Assembly (NCBI GenBank): GCA_052327205.1
Contig: CM126223.1
Coordinates: 59,396,001-59,460,000, forward strand
Direction: 5' to 3'
Length of the DNA stretch: 64,000 nt
Origin: Somniosus microcephalus
Lineage: Eukaryota
A program made the position numbers and the translations under genes. Positions 24,842 to 37,410 of this stretch are shown here, one piece after another. A model generated the notes under the pieces. It worked only from the letters and a program-made list of their open reading frames with translations, had not been told where the DNA came from and ran no database searches. Each line of letters starts with the position of its first letter. Within the stretch, counting starts at the first letter, position 1.

Positions 24842-25570
24842 GGGGGGGAAAATTCGGTGGCGCCCCCTTTGGGGCGCTAACTTCACCAGGACGCTACTTC
24901 ATCGCCCTGAAAAAGTTAGCACCCCCGCGCCGTAAATTGAGTGGTAGCGCTCCAAGCAGCAGGCGGGACGCTACTGGAAGCACTCCCCCTCCTTCCTGGG
25001 ATGCTACAACTGAATATCGCGGCGCTACGTCCAACAGCGCCATGCGCCGGCACGTAGCGCCACGGTATTGCAGGCCTTCCTCCCCTGATTAGAGGGGTGG
25101 GGCCTAGAACTGCGCGCACCGGGGCCCTGCTGGACTACCGGGGAGCGGTGTGCTGGGAAAGCAGCCCGGCACTCAAGAGGAGCACTGGGGCTGAGCGATC
25201 GCAGCCGGCACCCCGAATAAAAGAGGGGAAGGGGGCAGGTGCTGGCAGGTGGCCAGAAAGAAAAATGCCCGCCCGACACCTGCCCCTTTAAATACCGCCG
25301 CCGCGGCTGCAAAAACGCCCCCCTGACCCTGTCGGACATATCGTCCGGCGATAGATCAGGGGGCGCAGCCGAAGTTTGCGGCCGGGGCGCGAGTGGGGCG
25401 CTGCGCACAGCGATGATGTCATCGCCGGAGGCGCAGCTCCGTGGTGCGCTACTGGCTACCGCTGAATTTCGCGGGGGGCGTTAGCGGGGTCGCACCCGGG
25501 CGCTAGGGGCTTTGTGCCCTCGGGGGCGTTAACGGGAGGCGCAAAGCAACCCAATTTCCCACCCCCCCCC
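24842..25570. mobile_element. GC-rich Harbinger-type MITE (related to 23994-24657)
   Basis: GGGGGGGAAAATTCGGT...ACCCAATTTCCC termini; shared subterminal taacgggaggcgcaaa; TSD unclear. Confidence 0.7.
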
Positions 25571-26015
25571 CAAGTGTTTATACCATGAAAGAGGCAAAGG
25601 TAAATCAACTAAGGGAGGCATCTCACGCTACACCGCTGTAACTTTAGCACAAGTAAACTTCTGTTACGCAACACAGCAGGAGAAACTACATGTTTTCCTA
25701 AAAAAAACGTATTCTAAATTTCGAATTTCCAATTGTAAGGGGAAATGAGCTATGAGAAAAGGTTAAAGTTCAATGTCGACAACCTAAAGAGAGATGGTTT
25801 CGGCAGGACCATGTTGAAGACGATAAATTAAATGGTTGAGATGAGGTTAATCCTGAATATCACTTTAAAACAAGGAACGATAGTGAGGCCAGAAATCATC
25901 ATAAATATAAACTGGTGGAAGAAAGATTTAGATCAGATACTGGAAATAGCTCCTCCACCGAAAAGAAAGTGAGAAATGTCTGCAATAATTTGACAGGCCG
26001 GGTAGTAGAGACAGA

Positions 26016-26713
26016 GGCCTAGAAATTCAGTTGCGTTTGCGTCCACTTATTGGCTATAAAGTGGTTTGCGCCTGAAGTTTTTTATCGCCCGAAATTCAGA
26101 TGGACCCTAACATTGGCGTTAGCCGGTAACGCCGCGCCGGCACCGATGACGTCATCGGTGTGCGCAGCGCCCCGGTTGCAATGCTATTCCGGCCCGATGG
26201 CCAAATTCAGTTGCGGCCGCCTCGCCCGTGGCAGCCGCAAACAGCGTTTGTGAAACGGGGTCTTGCAGCTCCGAAAGGCCGGCGCATAAAGGTGGAGCGG
26301 CGGCCGGCCGCTTTCCCGGCGGCCGCCTGCCCGCACCTCCCTCCCCGGACTCCTGCACCACCCCCCCGCGGCATTGATGTCTGAGTCCCGCGAGCCTGGC
26401 ACTTCTCCGTGGTGCCGGGCTCATTTGCCGGGGGAATCCACCGGCGATCTGATGGCTGCAGGCAGCTCCTCCTTAAGAGAAGGAGGAGGCCTGCAGTACC
26501 CCAGCCTGCCGCACCGCATCAGGTGCCGCAGCGGCAGCTGGACGCCTGAAAGTGACATTCATCGCCCCTAGCGAGGCGGCCAAACCCTGCAATAGCGCCC
26601 GCCGCCGTCTTGGCCCGTCGCAACTGAATTTTAGGCGGGCGCTACGGGAATCCTGGCGAGCGCAAAATTTCAGGCGCAAAAGACCTGGCGGGGCCATACC
26701 GAATTTCTAGGCC
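26016..26713. mobile_element. GC-rich Harbinger-type MITE (family B)
   Basis: TIR GGCCTAGAAATTC...GAATTTCTAGGCC, TSD AGA. Confidence 0.88.
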
Positions 26714-28100
26714 AGAGACTTTAAAGGGACGATGGCAGCGGGAGCGGGTTCAGAATGCAATGGGAGGGCAGGCTGAGAGAGTTGGCGTACTTAAGGGATG
26801 GCCTTTTCTCATGCTTGACATTTTAAATGCTTCTATGATTTTAATAATTAAGGTATAAATCTGAAATCTCTCACACTAAACTAACATGGCTAAATCTTCG
26901 AGGTTGGCAGTTCCTGGCTGTAAACTCAATGCCCCTTTTGAGTGGAAATAAAAATAGAACGCGCTGAATCTGAAACAGAGAGACAAGTTCACGTTTTAGG
27001 TGCAAGGGTCAGCTGGAATGACGGATCGCATGTTTCCTCCTCTTCCCGCATTTCAACTTCCAGCATTTTCTGTTTTGAATTTCAGATTTCCAGCATTCAT
27101 GAGTTTCTTTTGATCTTTGCACAGCAGTTTAATAACCGAGTTTTTTTAAGTCAACCAGCCTTGTGCAACACATTCAATGCATCTTAGTGACTGGTTTCAG
27201 GTGCTCTCCTAAATATGGGAGGCTGCACCTGTCACTGTAATTTCAATCTAAATGGACGACCCGACGACAACAGACTAATGTAACAGGGCCTCTTTAATTA
27301 CATGTCAGTGCTGGGCAGCTCAGCGATGAATGTTTTTATCCACTGTGGTGCAAATATTGGTTTCCACATTCTTTCCTGCCTGACAACTGTTAGACAAATG
27401 GCCCCAAGATGGTTGGGCCCATTTGAGTCTGTTTGACATTGGAAAACCAATTTCAGCTTGTGTGGCAACGCTTTGGGAAATGTGAAGGAAATGTCAGTGA
27501 GGTTACGCGCCTCGCAGGGTGGCTGTGCAATATTGGTAACAGCTTAAGCGGCTGCCATAGCAACCGTAGCTGGACGATGTTATTCAACAGGGCAGGATTC
27601 AAACTGTTCAGTGGCTGCAAAAGTAGGTGTGGTGCTGGAGAGCGCCAGGCGCCAGTGTATTGTAACCCAGCAAGGACTTAATACCTTCAGGAGAGGAGAA
27701 GAGAAGATTTGTGAATGGAGGATGATAAATATATACGAGGTGTATCTTTGTGTGTGTGTGTGTCTGTCACACTTCAGATGTCAAGGGGACAGTTTCTGTC
27801 TGGCACACTATTCGGGCAGGTGTTGTGGTCATGGCACCTGCCTGATAGTACCAGCGAAAGACCTGAGCCACCCATCCCTAAAACCCTCCAAGATCTCCGA
27901 GCTCCTCCAATTCTGGCCTCTTGCGCACCCCCGATTTTAATCGCCCCGCCATTGGCGGCCGTGCCTTCAGCTGCCTGGGCCCTAAGCTCTGGAATTCCCT
28001 CCCTAAACCTCTCCGCCTCTCTACCTCTCCTCCTTTTAAGACACTCCTTTTGGTCACCTGCCCTAATATCTCCTTATGTGGCTCGGCATCAAATTTCATT

Positions 28101-29127
28101 TGATAAATGTGAAGTTATCCACTTCGGTAGAAAAAACAGAAAGGCTGAGTATCATGAATCTTATCATTCATGTGGAAATGACTCATGAAATAACACTGGG
28201 CGGCCAGCTGGTGGCGCAGTGCAAGGAGTATAAATACTCGGGTGTGGACCCAGCTTGCCCAGGACGTTTTTGTAACCAGAAACTAGAATCTCATGGTTGT
28301 GAAACAGTTGATTAAAGCCTTGTTTTATACTCAACCAAGTGCTTAGTGAGTTTTCTTACATCACAGAGTATTATTTAAATGGTGATAGATTGGGAAATGT
28401 TGATGTACAAAAGGACCTGGGTGACCTTGTACACCAGTCACTGAAAGCAAACATGCAGGTGCAGCAAGCAGTTAGGAAGGCAAATGGTATATTGGCCTTC
28501 ATTGCAAGAGGATTTGAGTACAGGAGCAAGGATGTCTTACTACAGTTATACAGGGCCTTGGTAAGACCACACCTGGAGTACTGTGTGCAGTTTTGGTCTC
28601 CTTACCTAAGAAAGGATATACTTGCCATAGAGGGAGTGCAGCGAAGGTTCACCAGACTGATTCCTGGGATGGCAGGACTGTCGTATGAGGAGAGATTGGG
28701 TCGACTAGGCCTGTATTCACTAGAGTTTAGAAGAATGAGAGAGGATCTCATTGAAACATATAAAATTCTGACAGGCTGGATGCAGGGAGGATGTTTCCCC
28801 TGGCTGGGGGATCGAGAACGAGGGGTCACAGTCTCAGGATACAGGTTATGACATTTAGGACTGAGATGAAGAGAAATTCTTCACTCAGAGGGTGGTGAAC
28901 CTGTGGAATTCTCTACCACAGAAGGCTGTGGAGGCCAAGTCACTGAATATATTTAAGAAGGAGATAGATAGATTTCTAGACAAAAAAGGCGTCAAGGGGT
29001 ATGGGGAGAGAGCGGGAATATGGTATTGAGATAGAGGATCAGCCATGATCATATTGAATGGCGGAGCAGGCTCGAATGGGCCGAATGGCCTACTCCTGCT
29101 CCTATTTTTCTATGTTTCTCTGTTTCT
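28101..29127 (+). mobile_element. CR1 3' fragment interrupted by a solo LTR
   Basis: DKCEVIHFGRKNRKAE|YYLNG..QVQQAVRKANG..LEYCVQFWSP; tail ttctatgtttc. Confidence 0.93.
28150..28363 (+). mobile_element. Solo LTR, copy 1
   Basis: Homologous to 45069-45295; flanks ctgag/cagag (5-bp TSD, one mismatch); TATAAA and ATTAAA inside. Confidence 0.78.
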
Positions 29128-30368
29128 ATAACGCTCCTGTGAAGCGCCTTGGGACGTTTTGCTACGTTAAAGACGCTATATAAATACAAGTTGCTGGTGG
29201 CCATGCCTCAATAACAAGCAGTTGGCGAGCTCCGACAGCTGAACGGGTGCCTCAAGGCAGCTCCTCCAGTCCGGGAGGGCAGGAAATCGCCCGACTCCAA
29301 TGTCAAGCCAACTGACTGTCAGTGCAATCCTGGGGACGGACCATGTATCCTGCAATTCCCTACCTACCACCATTGTGGGGAAAACCATCACCACAAGGAC
29401 TGCAGAGATTCAAGGAGAAAGACCACCACCATCTTGTCCATGTGGCCCACATCCCAAGAACAAATTTTTAAAAGAGGATTTAAGCGATTTGATTTTAAAT
29501 GGGAATTGCCATCCTGGGAAAGAAAAAGTACTGGCCAAACTATATCTTACTGCGGTCAGAGCAGGAAGCGAGTCAGAGACGAATGTCATTCATGATGGAT
29601 ATGAGTGATGCAGCAAAGAGCTTTACAGGTTGGGGTTTAAATGTGTGATATTCATTCAGTTGTTTCAATCCATTTTATCAAATTCTTCTGCCTGCTACAT
29701 AATTGAGGGTGTTAACCTTTTAAAATAAACAGTGGAACGAGGAATTTTGCACAAAGCTGCACAACGCACCTGCACCCCATGTGTGCTTGTACATAGACAA
29801 TAAAAGGTTGGCCAATCGCTTTTCTACGAAGACTCAGTATTGGGCTAGAAATTCATTATAGCCCAGGAATGGGCGGTATCTTTAGAAAAGTTTGAGAATT
29901 CGCGCCAGGTGCTAATGCTTTAGACTGCACGCAAAATTTATTCTCACTGCTGGAAGAAATGATTGGGGCGCTAAATCAAGTCTTAAAGGCCTAGCTCAGT
30001 GGCGTTACACTCAAAGGGTGGACCAATATCGGGTGCAGTCTAATCTCAACTCATCATTGCCACAGGCTTTTCCCAGTACTTAAAGGGGAGGTTAATTGAT
30101 ACTGGAGTATCTCATTCTCAGCATTGCTGGCTGTGCAGCTGCCTCAGCAAGGAGAAGGAGCCGGAGGACTGAAGCAGGCGTGCTCATGGCAGATCCACCT
30201 CAGTCGGGTGGTCAGGGTGATTGAATGCTTCAACAAATGCTACATACCACCAACTGTACCACAAGCTTCACACACTGCCCAAAGCACCAGACCCTGAGCA
30301 CTCTCCCACCAACAATCTCGACCTACCAACACACTCACCCACATCTCACACCTTGTACACAATGACAG

Positions 30369-32203
30369 CTAGATATGTGAAGAGAAAAAGATTGGTGAAG
30401 TCAAGCGTAGGTCCCTTGCAGTCAGAATCAGGGGAATTTATCATGGGGAACAAAGAAATGGCTGACCAATTAAATACATACTTTGGTTCTGTCTTCACAA
30501 AGGAGGACACAAATAACCTCCCAGAGATGTCGGGGAACATAGGGTCTAATGAAACGGAGGAACTGATAGAAATCAGTATTTGTAGGGAAATGGTGTTAGA
30601 GAAATTGACGGGATTGAAGGCCAATAAATCCCCAGGGCCTGATAATCTACATCCTAGGGTAATTAAGGAAGTGGCCCTAGAAATAGTAGATGCATTGCTG
30701 GTCATCTTCCAAAATTCGATAGACTCTGGAACAGTACCCATGGATTGGCGGGTAGCTAATGTTACCCCACTGTTCAAAAAAGGTGGTAGAGAGAAAACGG
30801 GGAATTACAGACCGGTAAGCCTGACATCGGTAGTGGGGAAAATGCTAGAGTCCATTATAAAAGATGTAATAGCAGAGCACTTGGAAAACAGTGACCGGAT
30901 CGGACAAAGTCAACTTGGATTTACAAAAGGTAAATCGTGCTTGACAAACTACTGGAATTTTTTGAGGATGTAACTGGTAAAATAGATAAGGGAGAACCAG
31001 TGGATGTGGTGTATTTGGACTTTCAAAAGGCTTTCGATAAGGTCCTGCATAAGAAATTAGTGTGTAAAGTTAAGGCACATGGGATTGGGGGCAAGGTATT
31101 GACTTGGAGAGAGAACTGGTTGGCAGACAGAAAGCAAAGAGTTGGAATAAATGGCTCTTTTTTCCGAGTGGCAGGCAGTGACTAATGGGGTACTGCAGGG
31201 ATCGGTCCTTGGACCCCAGCTATTCACAATATATATTAATGATCTGGACGAGGGAACTAGATGTAATATCTCCAAGTTTGCAGATGACACAAAGCTGGGT
31301 GGGCGTGTGTGCTGTGAGGAGGATGCCGAGAAACTCCAGTACGATTTGGACAGGTTGGGTGATTGGGCAGAAGCATGGCAGATGCAATATAACGTGGATA
31401 AATGCGAGGTTATCCACTTTGGTGTCAAAAACAAGAAGGCAGATTATTATCTGAATGGCAATAGATTGGGAGAAGGGGAAGTGCAACGAGACCTGGGTGT
31501 CCTTGTGCACCAGTCGCTGAAGGTAAGCATGCAGGTGCAGCAGGCAGTTAAGAAGGCAAATGGTATGTTGGCCTTCGTAGCGAGAGGGTTTGAGTACAGG
31601 AACAAGGATGTTTTGCTGCAGTTGTACAGGGCCTTGGTGAGACCACATCTTGAGTATTGTGTGCAGTTTTGGTCGCCTTATCTGAGGAAGGATGTTCTTG
31701 CCATGGAAGGAGTGCAGCGAAGATTCACCAGGCTGATACCTGGGATGACGTATGAGAAGAGATTGGGGCGATTGGGCTTGTACTCGCCGGAATTTAGAAG
31801 AATGAGAGGGGATCTCATTGAAACGTGTAAAATTCTAACAGGACTAGACAGACTAGATGCAGGAAGGACGTTCCCGATGGTCGGGGAGTCCAGAACCAGG
31901 GGTCACAGTCTAAGGATAAGGGGTAAGCCATTGAGGACAGAGATGAGGAGGAATTTCTTCACCCAGAGAGTGGTGAACCTGTGGAATTCTCTACCACAGA
32001 AGGCAGTAGAGGCCAATTCATTAAATATATTCAAGAAGGAGTTGGATATATTTCTTAATGCTAAAGGGATCAAGGGATATGGGGAGAAAGCAGGGACAGG
32101 GTACTGAATTTGGATGATCAGCCATGATCGCATTGAATGGTGGAGCAGGCTCGAGTGGCCAAATGGCCTACTCCTGCTCCTATCTTCTATGTTTCTATGT
32201 TTC
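30369..32203 (+). mobile_element. 5'-truncated young CR1 LINE
   Basis: ORFs 30221-30973, 30937-31185 and 31151-32107 form a continuous RT with two frameshifts; tail tctatgtttctatgtttc. Confidence 0.95.
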
Positions 32204-32400
32204 AACTATGGCATGCACAAGGGTTATTAGTTATTAGAATGAATGTGATGTGTGATATGTTTATGCATAAATCTATTAATGGAGTTTACAATATTTTGTG
32301 GTCTCTCTCATTTCACCTTTGCATCCAGGAGGACGCTGTGATATGGCATGACACAGGGATGGTATGATGAGCAAAAGGGATCTGGGGTATAAGTCATCCA

Positions 32401-32670
32401 GCTGTGAGGCTGGAGGTCTGTTTGGAAGAGGTGTCAGAGTTCTGTGACCACCACCTTGGTGAGGCAGAGCCATTGGATACACTGCTCCTCGCTTCATTGA
32501 AGGTAGAAGTGCTGTCGGAATACCCTCAGAGGGTAAGGCCTCCTGGTGAGAGCCCTGGTGTCCCTCCTCATCCCTCTGCACAGATGTTCCCATATTTCTC
32601 GCTGCCTACGCTCCCTCCACCGTAGATCCTGCAGGGTGAGGTGGCGCCAGTACAGCCCCCGTTAACGTTG
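32401..32670 (-). pseudogene. Harbinger (HARBI1-like) transposase N-terminal remnant
   Basis: Manual translation: RRPYPLRVFRQHFYLQ*SEEQCIQWLCLTKVVVTEL*HLFQTDLQP resembles the Harbinger transposase N-terminal helix-turn-helix region; two stops. Confidence 0.72.
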
Positions 32671-34053
32671 CCAAGTGTAGCAGTTTGAATCTTTGAACAA
32701 TAAATGTAGTCACTTTGCACTTGCCAGAAGACTGCTGATAAAAAAAAAAGCTTGAAATTACTCATACAAACTGCTCCATTGGCTGAAACTGACAAGAAGC
32801 CACTGACACTAACCTGCCCTGACAGCTGCGAGTGATTAATGCAGATGCCTTTAAATAACGTCGCTGGAGCCGGCTTCTGTCAGCTGTGCGCCTGCTCTCC
32901 CTGTCGCTGTCAGGTCAAGGCGCAAAGGTAAGTGGCGACAATTAATTTTGCAGATCGGGCGCCCTGTGCACACTCACTGACATTGAAGTCCCCGGTGGTA
33001 CCTCGTACCGGTGGTGTAACGGGGTGGGGGGGGGGCGGATTTGCCATGCGGCGCTGGATTTGCCTCGCCCCGGCGCTACTGCATCAGCTCCCCGTTACTA
33101 CCCTCTGCAGGTGCTAACGGGAGGCGCTAACCTATTGAATTTTCCCCATCTCTCCCTTTAGGTAATCAGTGCATTGACTGTGCTATTGCTGCTGTAGTAT
33201 TTGCATAAGGAAAAGGAAACGCCTTGTGTTTTTTTTCACTTTGTGAATATTGTATTAGCAGCGATATGAAAACAAAGTGGTCACCAACTTAGCTTGTGTC
33301 CCCAGTGGTTTCCCTCGACAGCTGTTGGGTCGATGTTACAGGTTCGCACCGTCTGTTGATGGAAGTTGAGCTTCTGGTATTTCAAACACTCCCACTGTGA
33401 CCAAATGCATGCAGATTAAGACTTCTCTTGTCCCGAGTTCACAGCACAGAATGGAACTTGATTTGGCAGCTCTGAGACATTAAGTAGTTAGCGTAGGGTT
33501 TCTGGCTGGAACTGGCCAAAGAGGCACAGTTCTGAGGAAAATGACAAGCAAAGTGAGCTCGTTGAATATCCAAAACACATCCACCAACTTTATTTCTTCC
33601 CATTAGCCTTTTCCTCTCCCTGCTTCTTTCCTGAATGGCTGCATACAGTGACACCAGTATTCCAGGCCAGAATGGGGATGATTGGGTAATTCACCCGTCA
33701 AACACACCTGGAGTGCTGTAAGTGACTGGGATTGATTTTATGTACATAATTTGTATTATGTAACTATCGTCCACCCATTGCATTTTGCTGGAGAAATCAC
33801 TCTTTTTATTGGGAGACTTTGTTGCAGTTTTAGTCATGAGTTCTGTTTGCTGCAGTTTGTAGAGACTCTTTAAATAGACTCTGTAGACTTTGTTGTAGTG
33901 CACTGTTTAAATAGACTCTGTTTGCTGAGTAAATAGCCTTTGCTGTAAAATAGACTGTTTGCTGTGAGTCCTACCACAAGTCCTGTCCTGCCTCCTAGTC
34001 ATTGGCTGACAAAATGCAATTCATTGGCTGACAGCGGTGTAAATAGACACTCT

Positions 34054-34888
34054 GGGCTGGATTTTCATTGAGGAGTCGGGTAGGAGGCGTGACTACAACT
34101 TTCGGGGTTGTAGTCCTGCCTCCATCGAGTTTTAGCCAACCCACGCAATTTTAACTTGATTGACCTTGTTGAGCCTGCCCAGCGGGCTCAGCAGGCCAAT
34201 TAAGGGCCACCCGGCAACAGGTGACATCACAGATTGATATTTCATCTGTCAAGACCTTTTGACAGATGAAATATTAGCGTTTCACAGCTGTTTGAAGCTG
34301 TCAAACACTGACAATCTGTATTCTAAGTTAATTCCTTCCTCTCAGGATGATTTAGAGATCTGCCCGGAACAGAAAGCTAAATGCTGCAATTTTTGACAGC
34401 TCGCAGCCATTCTGCTTTCTGTGCCGGTGAGATGAGGGACTCCCGAGACCTGAAGGAAGGAAGGCTGTAAAGGTAATTAAAGGTATGTAAAACTTCTTTA
34501 AACACTTTACACCCACCAAACACACTTACCTTTGTACTCATGCACCCATTACTCACCTGAACACCGGACATCTCGAACCCTCCAAGCCCTTCATCCCGAC
34601 GGTCCGCCTCCTCTAACTTGGCGTGGTTTGGAGCCGTCGGGAATCCCACACTTCAGGAATAAAAATAGGGATTAGGCTAAAAACTGCCTCTTAACTACCT
34701 ACTAACAGGCAGTTAATTGGCACTAATCCCCTTCCCGCCTTGGGGAGGCGGGTCCCAGTGCGGGGCGGGTACCCGCCTCCTTTGAAACTGGCATGGAGGC
34801 GGGATGGGGTCGGGACCCCTGATTTCAAGATTTTAACCCCCCCACATGCCTCCAATCCCACCTCCACAGCCCAATGAAAATCCTGCCC
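34054..34888. mobile_element. Harbinger-type MITE family A
   Basis: GGGCTGGATTTTCATTG...CAATGAAAATCCTGCCC; flanks tct/ttt. Confidence 0.88.
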
Positions 34889-35622
34889 TTTATTCCTGAA
34901 CACACAAAATCTTTGATGTCGTGCAATTCCACAGCAGCTACTGGTTTGGCCATGTGGCAGTTCTACATATACCAATCTAGCCTACGAGTGGCAGCAAGCT
35001 ATTCTACTGTGGGGTGGCATGACAGCAGAGCCCACCCTCCCCCGACATCCACACACGTGTATTTCCAGACAATCATTGCAGCGAGGAGCCGCTGTGTGGA
35101 CAACGGGAGGAGGTGGGATCAGGCTATGCTGTTATTAATGTTCAGCCGACCAGGCTCACAAATGGAGAACGGGCAGTAGCGGGGGATACTGAAGGGCTGC
35201 CAACTCTGCTAGAACTGAGCTCAGCATAAGTCACTCTCTTCAAAAGAGGGTAGGTAAGAGGAGAAAATTTCAAGAAAAAAATAAGGCTAAGACTGACTAC
35301 ATATAATAAAGGTCTTCAACTTACTAATTAGGTCATCTTCCATACCAAGCTAAACGGAGACAGCATTAAATGTGGTACTACTACCACCAATTGTTGTAAC
35401 ACTGGAAATCCGATCCAAGGGAAATGGGTAATTGCTATGTGGAACAGAAAGATGGCATAGAGTGAGGGGCAGTGCCATCTTATTTAGTGCCTGGGGCGGA
35501 CATATAAGGGGCGAGTTTAACTCTACCCTTCTGTGGGAAACTGGGTGGGTGGGCAGTTAAAATCACCCGTGTGACTTACCTGCCGAGATCTCGCTGTTTC
35601 CCTGCAGGTTCCTATTTTAACC

Positions 35623-36742
35623 CATTACCATCTCCTTTTGCCTTGCACCATCATCCCTTTTGTCTTTCAATCTCTCCTGCCTTCCACCCTATCACAGACC
35701 TTCCCTTTGTTCTTTCCTCCCCTCCCCCCTTTCCCTGCCCCTACACTTGCTTAAATATCTGTTACTTCTCCAACTTTTTCCAGTTCTGACGAAGGATCGT
35801 CGACCTGGGCTGGATTTTCATTGAGGAGTCGAGTAGGAGGCGGGACTATAACTTTGGGGTTGTAGTCCCGCCTCCATCGTGTTCTAGCCAACCCACGCGA
35901 TTTTGACTTGATTGACGTTGTTGAGCCCACCCAGCGGGCTCAGCAGGCCAATTAAGGGCCACCCGGCAACAGGTGATGTCACAGATTGAAATTTTATCTG
36001 TCAAGACCTTTTGACAGATGAATTATCAGCGTTTCACAGCTGTTTGAAGCTGTCAAACACTGACAATCTGTACTCTAAGTTAATTCCTTCCTCTCAGGAT
36101 GAATTAGAGATCTCCCCAGAACAGAAAGCTGAATGCGGCAATTTTTGACAGCTTGCAGCCATTCTGCTTTCTGTGCCGGTGAGATGAGGGACTCCCGAGA
36201 CCTGAAGGAAGGAAGGCTGTAAAGGTATGTAAAACTTCTTTAAACACTTTACACACACCAAACACACTTACCTTTGCACTCATGCACCCATCACTCACCT
36301 GAACACCAGACATCTCGACCCCTCCAAGCCCTTCATCCCGGTCTGCCTCCTCTATCTTGACGTGGTTTGGAGCCATCAGGAATCCCACATTTCAACATTA
36401 AAAATAGGGATTAGGCTAAAAACTGCCTGTTAACTACCTATTAACAGGCAGTTAATTGGCACTAATCCCCTTCCCGCCTCAGGGAAGCGGGTCCCAGTGC
36501 GGGGCGGGTACCCGCCTCCTTTGAAACTGGAATGTAGGCGGGTTGGGTATGGGATGGGTTCGCGACCCCCGATTTCGGGATTTTAACCCCCCACACGCCT
36601 CCAATCCTCCCTCCACGGCCCAATGAAAATCCTGCCCGTTAACTCTGTTTCTCTCTCCACGGGTGCTGCCCTGACCTGCTGAGTGTTTCCAGCATTCTCT
36701 GTTGTTGTTTCAGATTTCCAGCATCCGCAGCTATTGTCCTTT
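35623..36742 (+). mobile_element. Penelope-like terminal fragment split by a MITE
   Basis: Homologous to 6375-6690; resumes at 36638 (gttaactctgtttctctctccac...cagatttccagcatc). Confidence 0.7.
35807..36637. mobile_element. Harbinger-type MITE family A
   Basis: Same TIRs and body as 34054-34888; no TSD, small target deletion inferred. Confidence 0.88.
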
Positions 36743-36977
36743 TCTAACCTGTTCTTTTGAGCAGACGAGAGGGACACCCACCAAAAACCAGCGGGGTCCT
36801 TCTTTAATTGTGCAGATCGGGCTGCAATGACAATGATTCACCAGAGGCCTTTCATGGGGAAGCTGTTACATGGACTCTGGGTGGAGTGGGCTTGATGGGC
36901 CGAATGAGTTCTTTCTTGCTCCTGCGATTATGTTCTAAAAATTGGAGGGCAAGCCAATCTAAGTTGCTCTCTCATTT

Positions 36978-37410
36978 ATTGAGTAGATTGGGCCTCTACT
37001 CTCTGGAGTTTGGAAGAATGAGAGGTGATCTCATTGAAACATGTAAGATTCTGAGGGGGATTACCAGGGTAGATGCTGAGTGGCTGTTTCCCCTGGCTGG
37101 AGAGTCTAGAACTAGGGGGGCAGAGTCTCAGGATAAGGGGTCGGCCATTTAGGACTGAGGAGGAATTTCTTCACTCAGAGGGTTGTGAATCTTTGGAATT
37201 CACTACCTCAAAGGGCTGTGGATACTGAGTCGTTGAGTATATACAAGATTGAGATCGATAGATTTTTGGACTCTAGGGGAAGCGAGGGATAGGGGGATCA
37301 GGCGGGAAAGTGGAGTTGAGGTTGAAGATCAGCCAGGATCTTATTGAATGGCGGAGCAGGCTCGAGGGGCCGTTTGGCCTACTCCTGCTTCTAATGTTCT
37401 TATGTTCTTA
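36978..37410 (+). mobile_element. CR1 3' fragment
   Basis: LSRLGLYSLEFGRMRGDLIETCKIL...; tail atgttcttatgttctta. Confidence 0.9.

Larger units (their letters stand above)
27874..29190 (+). mobile_element. L2 3' fragment interrupted by a CR1
   Basis: IGGRAFSCLGPKLWNSLP (27921-28103); L2 tail resumes at ~29128 (ataacgctcctgtgaagcgccttgggacg). Confidence 0.85.
29842..33147. mobile_element. Harbinger DNA transposon deletion derivative (hosts a CR1)
   Basis: Termini GGGCTAGAAATTC...GAATTTTCCCC, flanks att/atc; subterminal ctaacgggaggcgc shared with the MITEs; transposase remnant inside. Confidence 0.7.

Noticed and set aside
23994-26713. Host CpG-island promoter or bacterial contamination
   Set aside because: The GC-rich blocks are bounded by TIRs (TSDs readable for two of the three) and recur elsewhere in the window
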